Part shown: positions 1 to 13,046 of the stretch, piece after piece
Position numbering within the stretch: position 1 is the stretch's first letter
How the letters are laid out: every line of letters begins with the position of its first letter
From: Marsupella aquatica
Taxonomy: Eukaryota; Plantae; Marchantiophyta
DNA length: 64,000 nt
Direction: 5' to 3'
NCBI GenBank assembly: GCA_973895155.1
Contig: OZ316897.1
Coordinates: 7,368,470 to 7,432,469 of the forward strand
Program-made: the position numbers and the translations under genes
Notes under the pieces: generated by a model
What the model saw: the letters and a program-made list of their open reading frames with translations, nothing else
Told to the model about the DNA's origin: nothing
The model's database searches: none

Positions 1-3000
1 TGTGTGTCACCAGCTTGGCTCCTTCCCTTTGCTAGCGCCACGTCTCGTTGCCCACAAGTCTCCCCATGCTAAGTCCTCCCTGGATGGCCTATCCAAGCCT
101 GGACCATAAGGGAGCTTGGCGTCGGAGTCAGCAACGCAGGAGCTAAGTGTTAAGGTAGTCAAGTTCCGTGACTTGCACCCCCCCTTAAAAATGGTCACGT
201 CCGCGTGACCTTAGTAAACATTCCAACACGCCTAGATCATTTTGGGCCTTAAAATTTTTATGAGGTAACAAATGGTTTGCCCATAAGGCTGATGCAAACC
301 AAGTTGGTATGCGCATTTCAGACTTAGGAAATTCCAACCTATCCCACTTATCCAAGTAGGATGCCAGTCCAATTGGGTAAGCTAACTCCAAACTTGTCGG
401 ACCCATTGTTCTCCCCTTGGGGTACTCCCCTTTGGTTCAAACCAACCCACCCACAGATGTAAGGCGGGCACCATCTACTTCCACTTGCAAAAAACAAATC
501 GGCCGCCCAACAACCTCTAGCACCAACGCAATCCGACTTTATCCTTAAGAGGCCGAGAGGAGCGAAACTAGGATACAACTCACAAAGGTAGCTACAACTG
601 CCTATACCAGTTCACAATGGCGGTAGGCCGCTTTGCTTATGATAGCTTCCAAGGATCTCTAAGGCATTACCCAAATTTTCTTCCGGTTCCCAAGTACTCT
701 CGGCCTGATCATAGCCAGCCCACTTCACCAAATACTCTAAGATTTGCCTTCCCAACTTGCGTTTGTAACAGTCTCGCCTTTTCTGGAATGAGCGATTCCA
801 GAACTTTACTCATCGCATTCTGCATATGCGTCACTGAGTTAGTTGCCCCTTGCGGAAGAGTGCACATCTGCAAGAGGCCCAAAGGAGTCCTCATAGTCAT
901 TATGTCCCGACTTTCCTACAACAATTCAAACTGATCATGGCCCAAAAATAGATCACCCATAGAGTAGATTTCCCTCCCGGCAAACTCCTCGGAAAATTCA
1001 TCCACAAGTGGTCCTACTCCCACATTCATGATCGTCACTTTGTTTGGCGGCTGCATGTCTTGGATGAACCTCAAACTCCCATTCTTTTTCCGAACCGTAA
1101 ACCATCTGTTTGAGTATGGAGCATCCGACCTCTCGAGAAGCCAAGCACTTAGTTTTTCCTTCAATAGTTCCGCCAGCTTTGGAGCTAAAGCCCGCGGAAC
1201 TGCAATCGGCTTCAGATCCCACAGAACATGCGGGACAGTGAAGATGACCATCGGTGTTATCTTACTTGGATCTGCACAACCAATCTCATCAATTAAGAAT
1301 GAGAAAGCTTTGCCATGCTCCATAATCATCCTTCGAAACGCTTCCTGTTCCACCTCAATAAGCAACCCATCAGAACCTATTTTGAGTCTTGCTAGACTCT
1401 CCTGGGTAAACTCATGCCCTATTCAACCTTCGGGTCTCAATCTCGGTTCTAGTCTGGCTCGTTCCATCATCCGGCAAAGGTATCACTGCGAGTCTCACCT
1501 TCTTGTCGACGGTCTTGTACTTTGTCTTTGAATTGACAATCTCAGAGACGAGCGAGTATTGATACTCGCTCAACTCTATCTCCATCTTCCCACTTTCCAA
1601 GTTAGAAACCACACTCTCGAGTGGCTCATCACATCTGGTTTCCACCAAAACCCCTTCCAGACTCTCATCATCATCAAGCTCGTTAGACTCGGCCAAAGTT
1701 TGACTTGCTTCTTTCACATATCTCTTATGCCGCCCGATCATCTCACTCCCACCAACATAGGTAACTTTGCTAGTTTGAGTGCAACCTACAAACAAATTGG
1801 AAAAACACTTGTTATCCTGTGGAGCCAAAACACAAGCACTCCGCTGGTCCATGAACTTCAGTGGAGCGCAAACCCGTTTCCTTGTTCCTTTTCCTTGTTA
1901 GAGTTCCTCTCAACCTCTGTCCTTGGTTTTGCACATTTCCAAGGAACACAGCAGGGAACTGCACCACCTAGATCCCATCGCTACTCCAAATTTTCACCAT
2001 GTAAGTAGTATCATCAAGTACCTTGGTCTCCATTCTCAACGCAGTTATGAATGGCATGCCCAAAATCATTGGGAATGACAATAGCTCATGAACAAAAATA
2101 TTACTAGGTTGGGCCACATTCCCAAACTTCACAATAACATCAGGACAGCCACCCCAAAAGAAATTCCTCATGGAACTCACGGAATTCATAGCCCAAACCA
2201 ACTCCTTATCAATCATCCATTGCCCTTTCTCATACCCACTCTTACACATCAAGAACCTGAGTCAAACAAAGCCCTCACTTTGCCTTTCATTCCCCTTATT
2301 TTGCACTCGCCTTCTGGACAAGCCCTTGCCCAGTGCCCATCTCGGTAAGAGAAACATTCCTTTGTCATTCCAAAACGTGCAAACGACCTTACCTGAACCT
2401 CAACTGCTCGACTTTCGACTCTAGCCACGAGCCTATTGTCAAGCGCAATTCCGACTCCGTTCTTTCCAGCTTCTTCCTCGAATTCCTTGTTCACATCCTC
2501 AAACTCATCATCAACTTCTGCATCAGCAATGGTCGATAAGTCTGAAATCCACCCAAGTCCAACCCTCGGGCCTCCCCCGTCAAGGTATGAGGTCCCTCTT
2601 TGTATATCCATTTTCTCTTCAACCTCTCCAAAATGGCTTCATGGATCTCTCGCTTCATGCTCCCTAATAGCTCAGCATTGGTAAACCCCTGAGCCTGCTG
2701 GCTTCAAACTTTTTGGCCACCATTTTCGGATACATGGCCTGATCCAAATCCCTTCCGAGCACCCAACCCGGATCCTTCCTAATCGGCTTTTCAGCAGCCG
2801 GTTGCTTCTCAATGTCCTCTTCCTCTTCGAACCTAACCTTTCTCTCTCTTTCACAAGTTTTTCGTCTTTCTCGTTCCCCCGACTGCAACGGGGTATCATC
2901 CTTATCAGTTTTCCTCCGTTTAGAGTTTGCTTCTATGTCCCAAGCCGCTCCTACTTCAACTGTAATCATATTGATCATAACCGGGTCCTCCCATCTTGAC

Positions 3001-4519
3001 TTCTCTCGGACACAATCCGCCAATATCTGGTAATACTCATCTGACTCGATCACAGGGCCATCCAACTTGATATTATAAACGTTCGCTTCCACATGTGAAG
3101 AGGATGCCTCTCCACTTCTCTTACCAGCCCGCCTTTCGTCCAATGCCTTCATCCCTCCCTTGTTTGAATTGAAGGGGATCGGCTCTTCATTGTCCGAAAA
3201 CAATATCTTCTTTTGGCCAATCTCTCTGGTGAACTTGACCAGCCCCTTATCAGTTGCTTCCTTTGGGTCTTGACATTCCCTCTTGTCATAATCCTTATTG
3301 TCGCACCACATGCATGGCCAGCTCTGGGTCTCTCGTTTCCTCTCGGGGATGCTTCCAGCCTTCGGCTTCTCAACCAAATGTGCAATCAGGATTTTCAAGT
3401 TTTGCATCATTTTTGCAAGATCATCTATTACTGGCAACGCTTCCTCCTTGGCTAGTTCCCATTTTGCCTTAGCCAACAACGGTTTAGGCACCTTCAGCTC
3501 ATGAGCCGTGGCTTCCTTGTCCAACTCTTGCCTCCGGTGCCGATTACTCACTTTTGACACTGCCTTTTCCACTTGGTTCCAATCGTTCAACAAGGTCACC
3601 CTAGTCGGCTCCAGTAGCTCCATCGCATTTTCTAGTTCCTCCCTAAGATCCTCATCGTTGCTCTCAAGAAGAGAGTGGAGCGCTGCATCTCAATGATCCC
3701 AACATCCCTCTTTGGTAACTGGGACACCTTACGCTTCTTATTACGATCATTCATCCAATCAAGAAACGTGGCTTGAGTGACTCTATCAACATCCTCAGCT
3801 TGGAATTCCTCCTTCATCCTGGAATTGAAATCATCCCAATTCTCAACCGAGTCAATGATCAACTTTACCATGGAGGTTAGCTATGGCTCCACCAGAACCA
3901 GGAACTCCCTCATGGCTGTATCCTCATTGAACTTGTAGACAGCTGCTTTTGTCAGGTAACTCTTTAGGTAACTCGTTACATTCCTTCCATCAAATTGCCC
4001 TTTTACTTTCAAAACCTCTTGGAGACAATGAGTCATTCTGCCCGCATCTCTGTTCTCCTTCTCAACTTTTATCTCCTTCTTCCTTATACTTTGCATCATC
4101 GTCATGACAATGCGGGAAGTCTGATCAATCTCGTCGCTATCACCATCTTGCCTAATTGCCCCAAGGTATCCTCAGTATGGTTGCCAATGTCGCATGGACT
4201 GAATGCAATGGTCACCTCGGGAAAATGAACTATTTTTGGCTGTGATCCAGACAAGTGATAAACACAATTCGGGGCCCAAACTCAAACACTTTCCTTTATG
4301 AAAATCTCGTGATCAATACAATGGGTGCCCTTGGGCGGGTCACTCATGAAAGTCTGATCTCTAACCCTTGGGCGGGTCACTCATGGAAGTCTGATCTCTA
4401 ACCCTTCGACGGGCTACTATCTATCTTCCATCAAGCTATCGTCCTCTCAAAGGCTATCAAGTTGGAAAATCCATGAAATCCAATTCCTCAAGTGCTCAAG
4501 CTAAGAACTTCAATCATCA
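1..4519 (-). mobile_element. Degenerate Ty3/gypsy LTR retrotransposon (Gypsy A), 3' end outside the window, inserted in a CACTA TnpA-like exon
   Basis: Minus-strand fragments in gag-PR-RT order: gag 4105-2664 (FDGRNVTSYL; Zn-knuckle-like CMWCD...C), protease ALFDSGS near 2250-2275, RT 1365-709 (YSNRWFTVRKKNGSLRFIQD, LPQGATNS). Many stops; no RNase H or integrase recognised in 1-700. Confidence 0.85.
4210..4519 (-). repeat. Probable 5' LTR of Gypsy A, containing a 2x ~37-bp tandem repeat (4328-4406)
   Basis: Minus strand begins TGATGATTG at 4519, where the CACTA coding frame resumes on the plus strand. CCCTTGGGCGGGTCACTCATG(A/G)AAGTCTGATCTCTAA is duplicated. Inner boundary is approximate; partner LTR is not in the window. 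Confidence 0.5.
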
Positions 4520-6250
4520 AGCAAGAGAGATGGAGAATGCATAAGGCTTGGAAGGAAGGTGGGGAGAAGCCAAATATGCCTCCACCAGCAAGTTGTGATG
4601 ATAAAGTGTGGGCAAGGTTAGTAGCTTATTTTATGACAGATGCTACGAAAAAGAAGAGTTCATAGATGACCAAGGCCAGGTTGAGTGTTCAGAACCCTAA
4701 TCTGACAGGAAGGACTGGCACTGCACCGATAGCAAAACGCTTTGTAAGAATCACTGGCTAATTATATAATTCATGCTACACTATGTCCTGTTCACTTTAT
4801 TTTTGAGTGTACGTTCTTTGGAAAATGATCATCTGTGTTTGTCATGGATGTGCAGAAAGCCCAATTGGGGCAAAGCCCTTCAAAAGAAGAGTTGAGGGCT
4901 GAAATTGTGAACAACAAGGCATGTGAGGCATCTGAATCCTCCAAGCACGTAAGTTAAATGAGTTATGATTGGTAATTGAATTACCTACGTTGAATTTGAG
5001 GTGTACATATATCATTGATTGTGCATATATTGCCCAACATTTCATATGGATCGAGTGATTCACTATTGCCCTGCGTCATGTAGGGAGATGGATCTTCACT
5101 TACGGAGATAAGTGATTGTTTGAAGGCGGTGGAAACTTGTCTTCCAGAGATCAATGAACGTTTGAATTCATTGACTGACTTGTTCCATGTGAACTTCAAG
5201 ACATTAATGGAAGCCGTTGTGTCAGTGAGAGATAAAATTGATTCCAATTCTGTAGGAGTTCCACCATCACCACTTGAGGTGGCAAAGTCTAGCTATGCAC
5301 TCTTCTGGCATGCCAACGACATCTAGGCTTGAAGGTAAGGCCCTTATGACTTTGTGGGATATGATTATAAAATTTATTGTTTGTATTGACATAGTGTTTG
5401 AATGTGTTATTTTTAGTAACATATATTGTTGTTGTGCCCATAGAGAATAAGACAGGTGCTGCAGAGAAGAAGTATGATCACCTGGCAAAGAGTCGTTGCA
5501 ATTAAGAGGCAACAAAGTTGCAGTCTGTACATGCAACTAATTTGACAAAGGACAGTCAATCATGTTTGGTTGAGGATGAGATTGGCAAGGGATTGGATGA
5601 TATCAAAGTTGGGGCAAAGGAGGATATCAGCAAGCATGACAATGATACCATTGAGCCAGATTCATGTGATGTGGAGCAAGGTTTGTGCTATGTAGATCTT
5701 GATCCTATTGCAAAGATAAATGATTTGCAGAATGTGTCATTGTCAATGATAGGTCTGCCTCTTGTTGCGATAAATCCAACCGAAGAGTTAGTTGGTATGA
5801 CACTCCCAGGTGAGGAACCTGCTATTGTGACAGTCCCAACAGAGGAACCTATTGAGCCTAGCTTCACTACTATGAAGAGAGGGAGCATGCACACACGAAG
5901 CAAGTCTGCTGGTAGTAGAGCCACGTCAAAGGTTTCATACAAACCTCCAAGATCGGTGCTGACAGAAACATCTAAGGTGGAAGTCGAGAAGGTACGTACC
6001 TAATGCAGAGGGACAAAGTGGCTTGTTAGCTGTTGATGAAAGTGGAACACGAGTATGATTTGGCAGAGTGCAAGTCGGTTCTACAATGTTCCATGGCAAG
6101 AGGATCCCACCAGGTTATTCAATAGTGTTAGTCACGTTACTATTGAAACCTAAAGCTCTCCTTCCCATTCCAAACACAAATGATGATCCTCCTCAGAAGA
6201 CACTTGGAGATGCTGCAGGTTCTTTGGTATTATGGCCAAGCTGTACATAG
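4520..6250 (+). pseudogene. CACTA (En/Spm) TnpA-like gene remnant, multi-exon
   Basis: 4520-4743 translates to ...PPPASCDDKVWARLVAYFMTDATKKKSS*MTKARLSVQNPNLTGRTG, resembling the plant Ptta/En/Spm transposase pattern, followed by a GTAAG donor. 6068-6250 reads FHGKRIPPGYSIVLV...TLGDAAGSLVLWP, a Tnp1/En/Spm-type C-terminal motif. A GTAC duplication near 5992 causes a frameshift. Confidence 0.7.
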
Positions 6251-6546
6251 AGGATCCATAACTCTGGTTCAGGTCATTATTTGTTTGTAGTGTGAGCCAT
6301 TCTTTGTAGATTAAAAAATTCAAGAAGCAATTCGCAATCATGTTAGATAATTGATAGTATCATGCATTTGCTTTCAATTGTTTCAAACAATTATCAGTTT
6401 AGAAGTTCTTGTTTCCTTTGAATCACATTGATGACAATGTAAACTGTGCGATTGTAATTGAATTCATCATCATCTTTTAGCAATATTGTGATTCTCTTGA
6501 AATCTTGTGAATGAGTTTTGTGGAGGATCTGCTTATATCATGCTTA

Positions 6547-6889
6547 TGTTAGGATTTACTCTTAGGTCTAGAGTTACGACTGTACCATAGTTAAGGCTAA
6601 CCTTAGTTGCAAACTTGGTTAGGTTAGTCATGTTGTGCACACTTCAAGCGATGTTTGCTTGGAGAGTGGGAACTCAGGCTCATTGTTATGGAGTTAGTTG
6701 AGAGATAGAGAGAGCTTGTGCTGTGGATGCTTGGTATGGCCGGTCAGCCTAGATCGAGTGCAGTAAAGTTCATGTGTGTTCCCGTGGACGTAGCCTCATG
6801 TGGAGGTGAACCACGTATCTCTTTGTGTTGACTCTTGTGCGTTGGATGGTTCATGGGCTTGCCGTTGCAATTGTCGTCTATGCTCAACA
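6547..6889 (+). repeat. Copia A 5' LTR (343 bp)
   Basis: TG...CA termini; matches 11558-11774 joined to 24776-24903, and 55431-55743. Confidence 0.95.
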
Positions 6890-6891
6890 AT

Positions 6892-6903
6892 TGGTATAAG
6901 AGC
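6892..6903 (+). promoter_or_regulatory. Primer-binding site, tRNA-iMet type (Copia A)
   Basis: TGGTATAAGAGC, one mismatch to canonical TGGTATCAGAGC, 2 nt after the LTR. Confidence 0.85.
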
Positions 6904-7739
6904 ATGCCTGGGAGGTGACGAGGTTTCTTCGTGACGGTTTTTCAGCGTTCAGTGTTGGTGTTGCATTTGGAGTTTTGTCACATGAAACTTGAATGTGTGT
7001 GGCTAAGCGGATAAATTAGTGAGAGGGCTTTCTATTGGTGTATAGAACTCATTGTTGGTATCCGTGGTGCAAAGGAATCGGAGTTTGCGTCGTTCTAGAT
7101 TTATTTATGTTTGACAGTTTTTTGGGGGGGAGAGATGAGAGTTCATGTTTTCAATGGTGTGAGCTTTGCGGCGCACGAGGCGTTGTATGTTGTAGCTCAA
7201 GTTGAAGACTGAAGCAAGCTGATCATTTCGGTGGTTGAGTTGTTGCCGAGTGGTTACCGAGTGCGTCGTGACAAGTGAAGGATGCGTTCAGATTTTTTCA
7301 CAGGCTATGGAGCTTGTTCCGATCTGAACCGGGTTTCTCATCCTGACGTTTGACTCAGAGGAAGAAACGCAAAGTGTTACGGCTCAATAGTTTGATCGCG
7401 GTGAGGCGGTCGTTTTGAGTCCAGGATTAGCACTTGACGTAGAGAGAGTGAGTTGCGATGGAAGGTTTTTCCTCTACTATGTGTGCAGATGACGTCGGTT
7501 CAATTCAACAACTTTTTCCTATCGGTGGACTTCACTTTCTCGAGCTACACGACGATTAGGTTTGTAACACGACCTTTTTTTGTGTTTAAATCGGATTTAT
7601 TTGGGGGGTTTTAGGGTGATTTTCTTTTGTCATTTTTTTGGTTGCCTTTGCTCATTGTTTGCCCAGCCGGCAACCGCGAGACAGCTTAGCCCTCTCGATG
7701 AGGGCTTCTTTCCCCCCAGGTCCAAGTTTTTAGGTACAC

Positions 7740-10700
7740 GATTGCATACTGGTTAACTTTGAATGATGAGACAAAGGCTCTCCAGCTTCTCACTTCATTG
7801 CCTCCATCTTAACTTTGAACGAGAGCCTTCGTCTCATCATTCAATGTTAACCGTGGAAGGAGTATGCAATGACCAACTGAGACCGTAGAACCCAGTTTAG
7901 ATCTAAATCCAAATCTAAGTCTAGGGGCAAATCCCTTGAGAGGAGGTAGGTGACATGTTGGAAGTACAACAAGGTTGGACACTTCAAGCAAGACTGTAAG
8001 GGAAAGGCAGTTGAATCTTCATCGGCAAATGTGGCTAGGGCTGATGGAGATGCTGATTTACTCAATGATGAGTATGTATTATGAAGCCAGGGGTATGCCC
8101 TGTGCACGTCATCTAGGAGAGCAGATGATGTGTGGATTCTTGATTGTGCTTGCTCTTTTCACATTTGTTACATTCGTGAGTTTTTCAGTTCTTACTTTGT
8201 TTCAAATGGTTCAATTCTGATGGGAAAATGATCACTCCTGTCAAATTGAGGGTATTGAGTCTATGAAGATTCAAATGTTTGATGGCATTATGTGCACGGT
8301 GTCCGGAGTTAGGTATATACCTGGCATGCGTAAGAATCTGATTTCACTCGATGTGTTGGATTCAAGTGGTCGTCAATGGAGTATTATTGATGGTGAACTT
8401 CAAGTCAGGTCGGGAGAGATACTGATTTTGAAGGGGAGTAAACAAAAGAATTTGTATGTGTTGCAGGGCAATACTATATGTGGAGAGGCCAATGTAAGCA
8501 AGTCTCACGAGGAGATGACTTAACTGTGGCATGCACGGCTTGGCCACATGAGTGAGAAGGGTTTGGCTATGTTACGGAAGACTGGACTCATTCTAATTTG
8601 CAATCTTATAAATTAGAGTTTTGTGAGCATTGCATTCTTGGAAAGCAGCATCGTCGTGGTTTTGGTGTTGGAACTCATCATTTCAAGGCGGTTCTTGAGT
8701 AATACATAGTGACGTGTGGGGTCCATCCCCAACTCCTTCACACTCTGGAAAGTTTTACTATGTATCATTTATTGACGATTACTCAAGATTTGTATGAATT
8801 TATTTCATGACGCATAAGTCTGATGTCTTGTCCATTTTTTAAGAAGTGGAAGGCCTAGGTGGAGAATCAAACTGGAAACATGATCAAATGTTTGGATACA
8901 AGGGTGAAGAGTCTGAGGTCAGACAACGGCACGGAGTACACTTTAGTGGAATTTGAAGAGTACTGTTCAGAATAGGGGATAACTCGTCATCTCACCATAG
9001 TTTATACTCCGTAGCAAAATGGTGTCGTTGAGAGGCTCAATCAGACACTGTTGGAGCAGTCACAAAGTATGTTGAGCCAATCAGGTTTACCAAAAGAATT
9101 TTGGGCATAAGCTGTCAATACTACAGCTTATTTGGTAAATTTTTCTTCTTCTAGTGCTATCAATTTCAAAACGCCGTTTGAGATGCGCTATAAGCGGCAA
9201 GTAGAACTATCATGGCTTGGTAGTTTTTGGAAGTGATGCATATGCTCTCACACCAAAGCAAAATAGGACCAATCTAGATCCTACCTCCAAGAAATGTGTT
9301 TTTCTTGGGTACCAGAGTGGTGTGAAAGCCTATAGGCTATGGGATCCTATTGCCTGTAAGCTTGTTGTGAGGAGGGATGTTTCCTTCAATGAATCCAAAT
9401 TATTGAAGGAGGGGGAGAATACTCAGGTCTCCCGTACTGACAAAGGATAATCTCATATCTCGGATCTCGTTGAGGGGAAGATTGGTCATGAGGTGCATGA
9501 CCAGAGAGAAGAAGTTGCTCCAATTATGGAGTTGGTTCCTGTGCCAGAGGAACTAGAGGAGTTTGTTGATGCTGGTGAGCAACAAGTGGATGCTGATGAG
9601 CTTTAGATTGTACTAGAACACGCAGATCAACCGGAGTTATCGGCTAGAAGAACATCTGGTCGCATTGTACGCGCTCCACCAAGGTATGGACAGTAGGTTG
9701 ATTCATCTCAATTGCAAGAGGAGGATTTTGTTACTGATGATGAGGATGATGCCTTGATAGTGGACGAAAGAGAACCTTCTTCATTTCATGAGACAAATGC
9801 TTCTAAGGAGAAGCAGGAGTGGACTACAGTAATGCAAATGGAGATGTAGTCACTAAAGGACAATAAAACTTGGGAGCTTGTCAAGCTGCCTGAGAGATAG
9901 CAAGTGGTGGACAGCAAGTGGATATAAAGCTGAAGGATCAGTCCACACAAGGTGGATCAAAGGTCTACAAGGCTAGGTTGGTAGCCAAGGGATTCACACA
10001 GGAAAAAAGTATGGATTACAATGAGGTCTTCTCACTAGTTGCTAAGTACTCAACAATACGGCTATTGTGTGTGCTTGTTGTTTTGTTTGGTCTACCGCTA
10101 GATCAGATGGATGTTGTCACAACTTTCCTCTATGGCACCTTGGAAGAGGTGATCTTCATGAGACAACCGCTAGGTTTTGTGAAGAAAGGGCAAGAGGATT
10201 TGGTTTGCACATTGCTGAGATCCTTGTACGGGTTGAAGCAGTCACCAAGATAGTGGAATAAGCGGTTTGATGATTGGATTTGTGCACAAGGCTTTCACAA
10301 GAGTGTGTTTGACCCTTGTGTGTATCTTAAACCAGTGAAGAATGTTATCTTTGGGTTCATTGCTTTAGTACTTTATGTGGATGACATGCTTATTGCGGCC
10401 AAGTATAGGTCTGAGATTGTCAAGCTCAAGGCACTGCTTAGTGCAGAGTTTAAGATGAAAGACTAAGGGCCAACTAAGAGGATTTTGGGTATGAAGATTA
10501 CTAGGGACTTGGAGGCTGGTAAGCTATGGTTGAAGCAGAGCAGTTATGCGAAGAAAGTAATTGCAAGGTTCAACGTGGGAGATAGTAAACCAGTGAGTAC
10601 CCCGTTGGCTCCACACTTCAAGTTGTCATCAGATTTTTGTCCTACGGATGAGACACAGAAGGGGCTGATGTCAAAGGTTCCTTATGACAAGGCAGTGGGT

Positions 10701-11340
10701 AGTCTCATGTACTTGATGACTTGCACTAGACCTGATCTTGCCATGGCTATGGGCAAGGTGAGCAGGTACATGTCGAGTCCAGGGAAGGTACAATGGGAAG
10801 CAGTGAAGTGGATTATTTGGTACTTGAAGGGTACCGTGGATCATGGTCTATTATTTGATGCACATGCTGATAATGCTAGATCATTGATGGGTTATGTAGA
10901 TGCTGACTATGCACAGGATCTGGATTGAAGGAGGTCAACAATAGGTTATGTGTTCACACTGGGAGGTGGATGCATAAGTTGGAGGTCTATTTTGCATAAG
11001 TGTATTGTTCAGTCTACTACAGAAGCGGAGTATGTTGCAGCAGCGGAAGCAACAAAGGAAACGATTTGGTTGGATAGACTGATCACTGAGATGGTATTGC
11101 CACGTACAGGGGAATGTGAAGCTCCATTGTGATAGTCAGAGTGAGCTCCACCTTGCTGTGAACCAGGTGATGGACAGCAGAGTGAAGCACATCAACGTCA
11201 GGTACCATTTTATCAAGCAAGCTATGTCTGATAATATGTTTGAGCTAGTCAAGATTGACGGTAAACTCAACCAGCCCGACTGACGTTTTTACCAAAGTGA
11301 TTCCTTTGAAGAGTTTTTCTAGACACCGTGATGCATTGCA
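7740..11340 (+). pseudogene. Copia A gag-pol, disrupted; most of gag deleted
   Basis: Short gag remnant (DETKALQLLTSLPP; knuckle CWKYNKVGHFKQDC), protease WILD, GAG-pre-integrase LWHARLGH, integrase LRSDNG, RT and RNase H fragments with many stops. Confidence 0.9.
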
Positions 11341-11774
11341 GGTTTTGCATTTGCCTCACAAGTTTGGGTTACTTAACATTTGTGTAGATACTAAGATATG
11401 CTCTTGTTCATTCCTTGTATAGGCTATGGCTTAGTTATGGTCTACTCTCGTATAAAGAGGGAAAAACCAGTTTGGTTTTTTTTTCTACAAATTCCCGTTG
11501 AGCAATCATATTGGTAGCAGTCTTTACCCTCCCCTAGACCAGAGTCAAGGAGGAGATTGTTAGAATTTACTCTTAGGTCTAGAGTTACAACTGTATCGTA
11601 GTTAAGGCTAACCTTAATTGCAAACTTGGTTAGGTTAGTCATGTTGTGCACACTCTATAACCAAGCGGTGTTTGCTTGGAGAGTGGGAGCTCAGGCTCAT
11701 TGTTACGGAGCTAGTTGAGAGATAGAGAGAGCTTGCGCTGTAGATGCTTGGTATGGCCGATCGGTCTAGAGTGC

Positions 11775-13022
11775 TGTGGAATGGCGGTCTCTACCATTTG
11801 TGTTAGAAGACAGTTTATTTTTGACATTTTTCAAGCATTTGTTCTATTCTGGACGCTAAATAGAAGCGACTGCCCTCATTGACCATTTCTCGACCGACGC
11901 TTACAGAAGCGTCCGCTCTTACCCGGTGATTTACCCTTGACGCTTTTAGTAGCATCGACTATTCCCGAGTACTTTAACTCATGACGCCTTCTAAAAGCGT
12001 CCACTCTAACTCGACGCTCAAATGCGTCCATCCACACCCGACGCTTTTAGAAGCGACCCTCATTTTCTGATACTTAGATTTAGCTTTCAAAATAGATTAC
12101 CAATATAGTAGTATTTTCCCGACCTCTAAGTACTTATGCTGTACTTTCCTCATACTTAGTTCAAGTTCAATAGGCATAGCTTTTCATATTTCCTTTATTT
12201 TAGGACCTTAACACTTATAAGACAGAGTAGGATGCTCATTTGAACCAGAGAGAGAGAGTCAGAGACAACACTGTATTCAGAATTGGATATTCTGAATAGT
12301 TCCTCCTCCTTCCATTATAACAAGGCATGTTGAGAGTGCATTGTATGGAAGTAAAGCAGCATTTGTTTGAAGTTGTGATTGAATCTCAGAAATTCCTGTG
12401 GTAATTGAATTCAATTACAGACTTCTGAGGATTGTATTGAATTCACTGCTAGGCTTGCTTGTAGAGTCAAGAATCGCTAGCAAATTCAAGAGTAGTTGTT
12501 GATAAATGAGAAGTGAAATTGGATTCTCAAAGTATTCAGTACCGTTGCTTGTTTTTGGAATATGACTTAGAGTTTGACTGAATTGCGCAACGCTGATGTC
12601 AAACCGTGTTGACGGCATTTTAAGGCATATCATTACATTTGCAACCAGAAAGCTGCTTTGTTTATCAGATTGAGAACTTCATCTCTGTACAATTTTGTAT
12701 CTTCAGAAGAAAGATTGATGAGTTACGAGATTTTAGGCATGTTTATATTGAGACCAAGTCCTTTCTGAAGGTGTGGCAATAATTTACTAGAGTCTCGGAG
12801 ATTGGAATCATTTCCTTTCTAGTCTGTAAATCTGAAATTAAGTCACTTTTATATTTTGTTTACTTTATTTTGTTGAGAAGTAAGAAAAGTGTAGAGCTGT
12901 GAGTTCTACATCACTCAAAATGATGAAAATTATTCAATTCATACCAAAATACGTTCTTTAAGGGATCAGAACCTCGGTTTTAAGTGAGAAATTACACTTT
13001 TAATACTTATTGCTATACGACA
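11775..13022 (+). repeat. Gypsy C 5' LTR
   Basis: Near-identical to 23522-24770; roughly 35-40 differences by eye (~3%), mostly transitions. Confidence 0.97.
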
Positions 13023-13028
13023 TCTTTT

Positions 13029-13046
13029 TGGCGCCGCTGCCGGGGA
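13029..13046 (+). promoter_or_regulatory. Primer-binding site, tRNA-Asp type (Athila hallmark)
   Basis: TGGCGCCGCTGCCGGGGA, one mismatch to the Athila-type TGGCGCCGTTGCCGGGGA. Confidence 0.85.

Noticed and set aside
12415-12633. 72-aa ORF duplicated at 24163-24381
   Set aside because: It lies inside the two Gypsy C LTRs, so the duplication reflects LTR identity rather than a conserved gene
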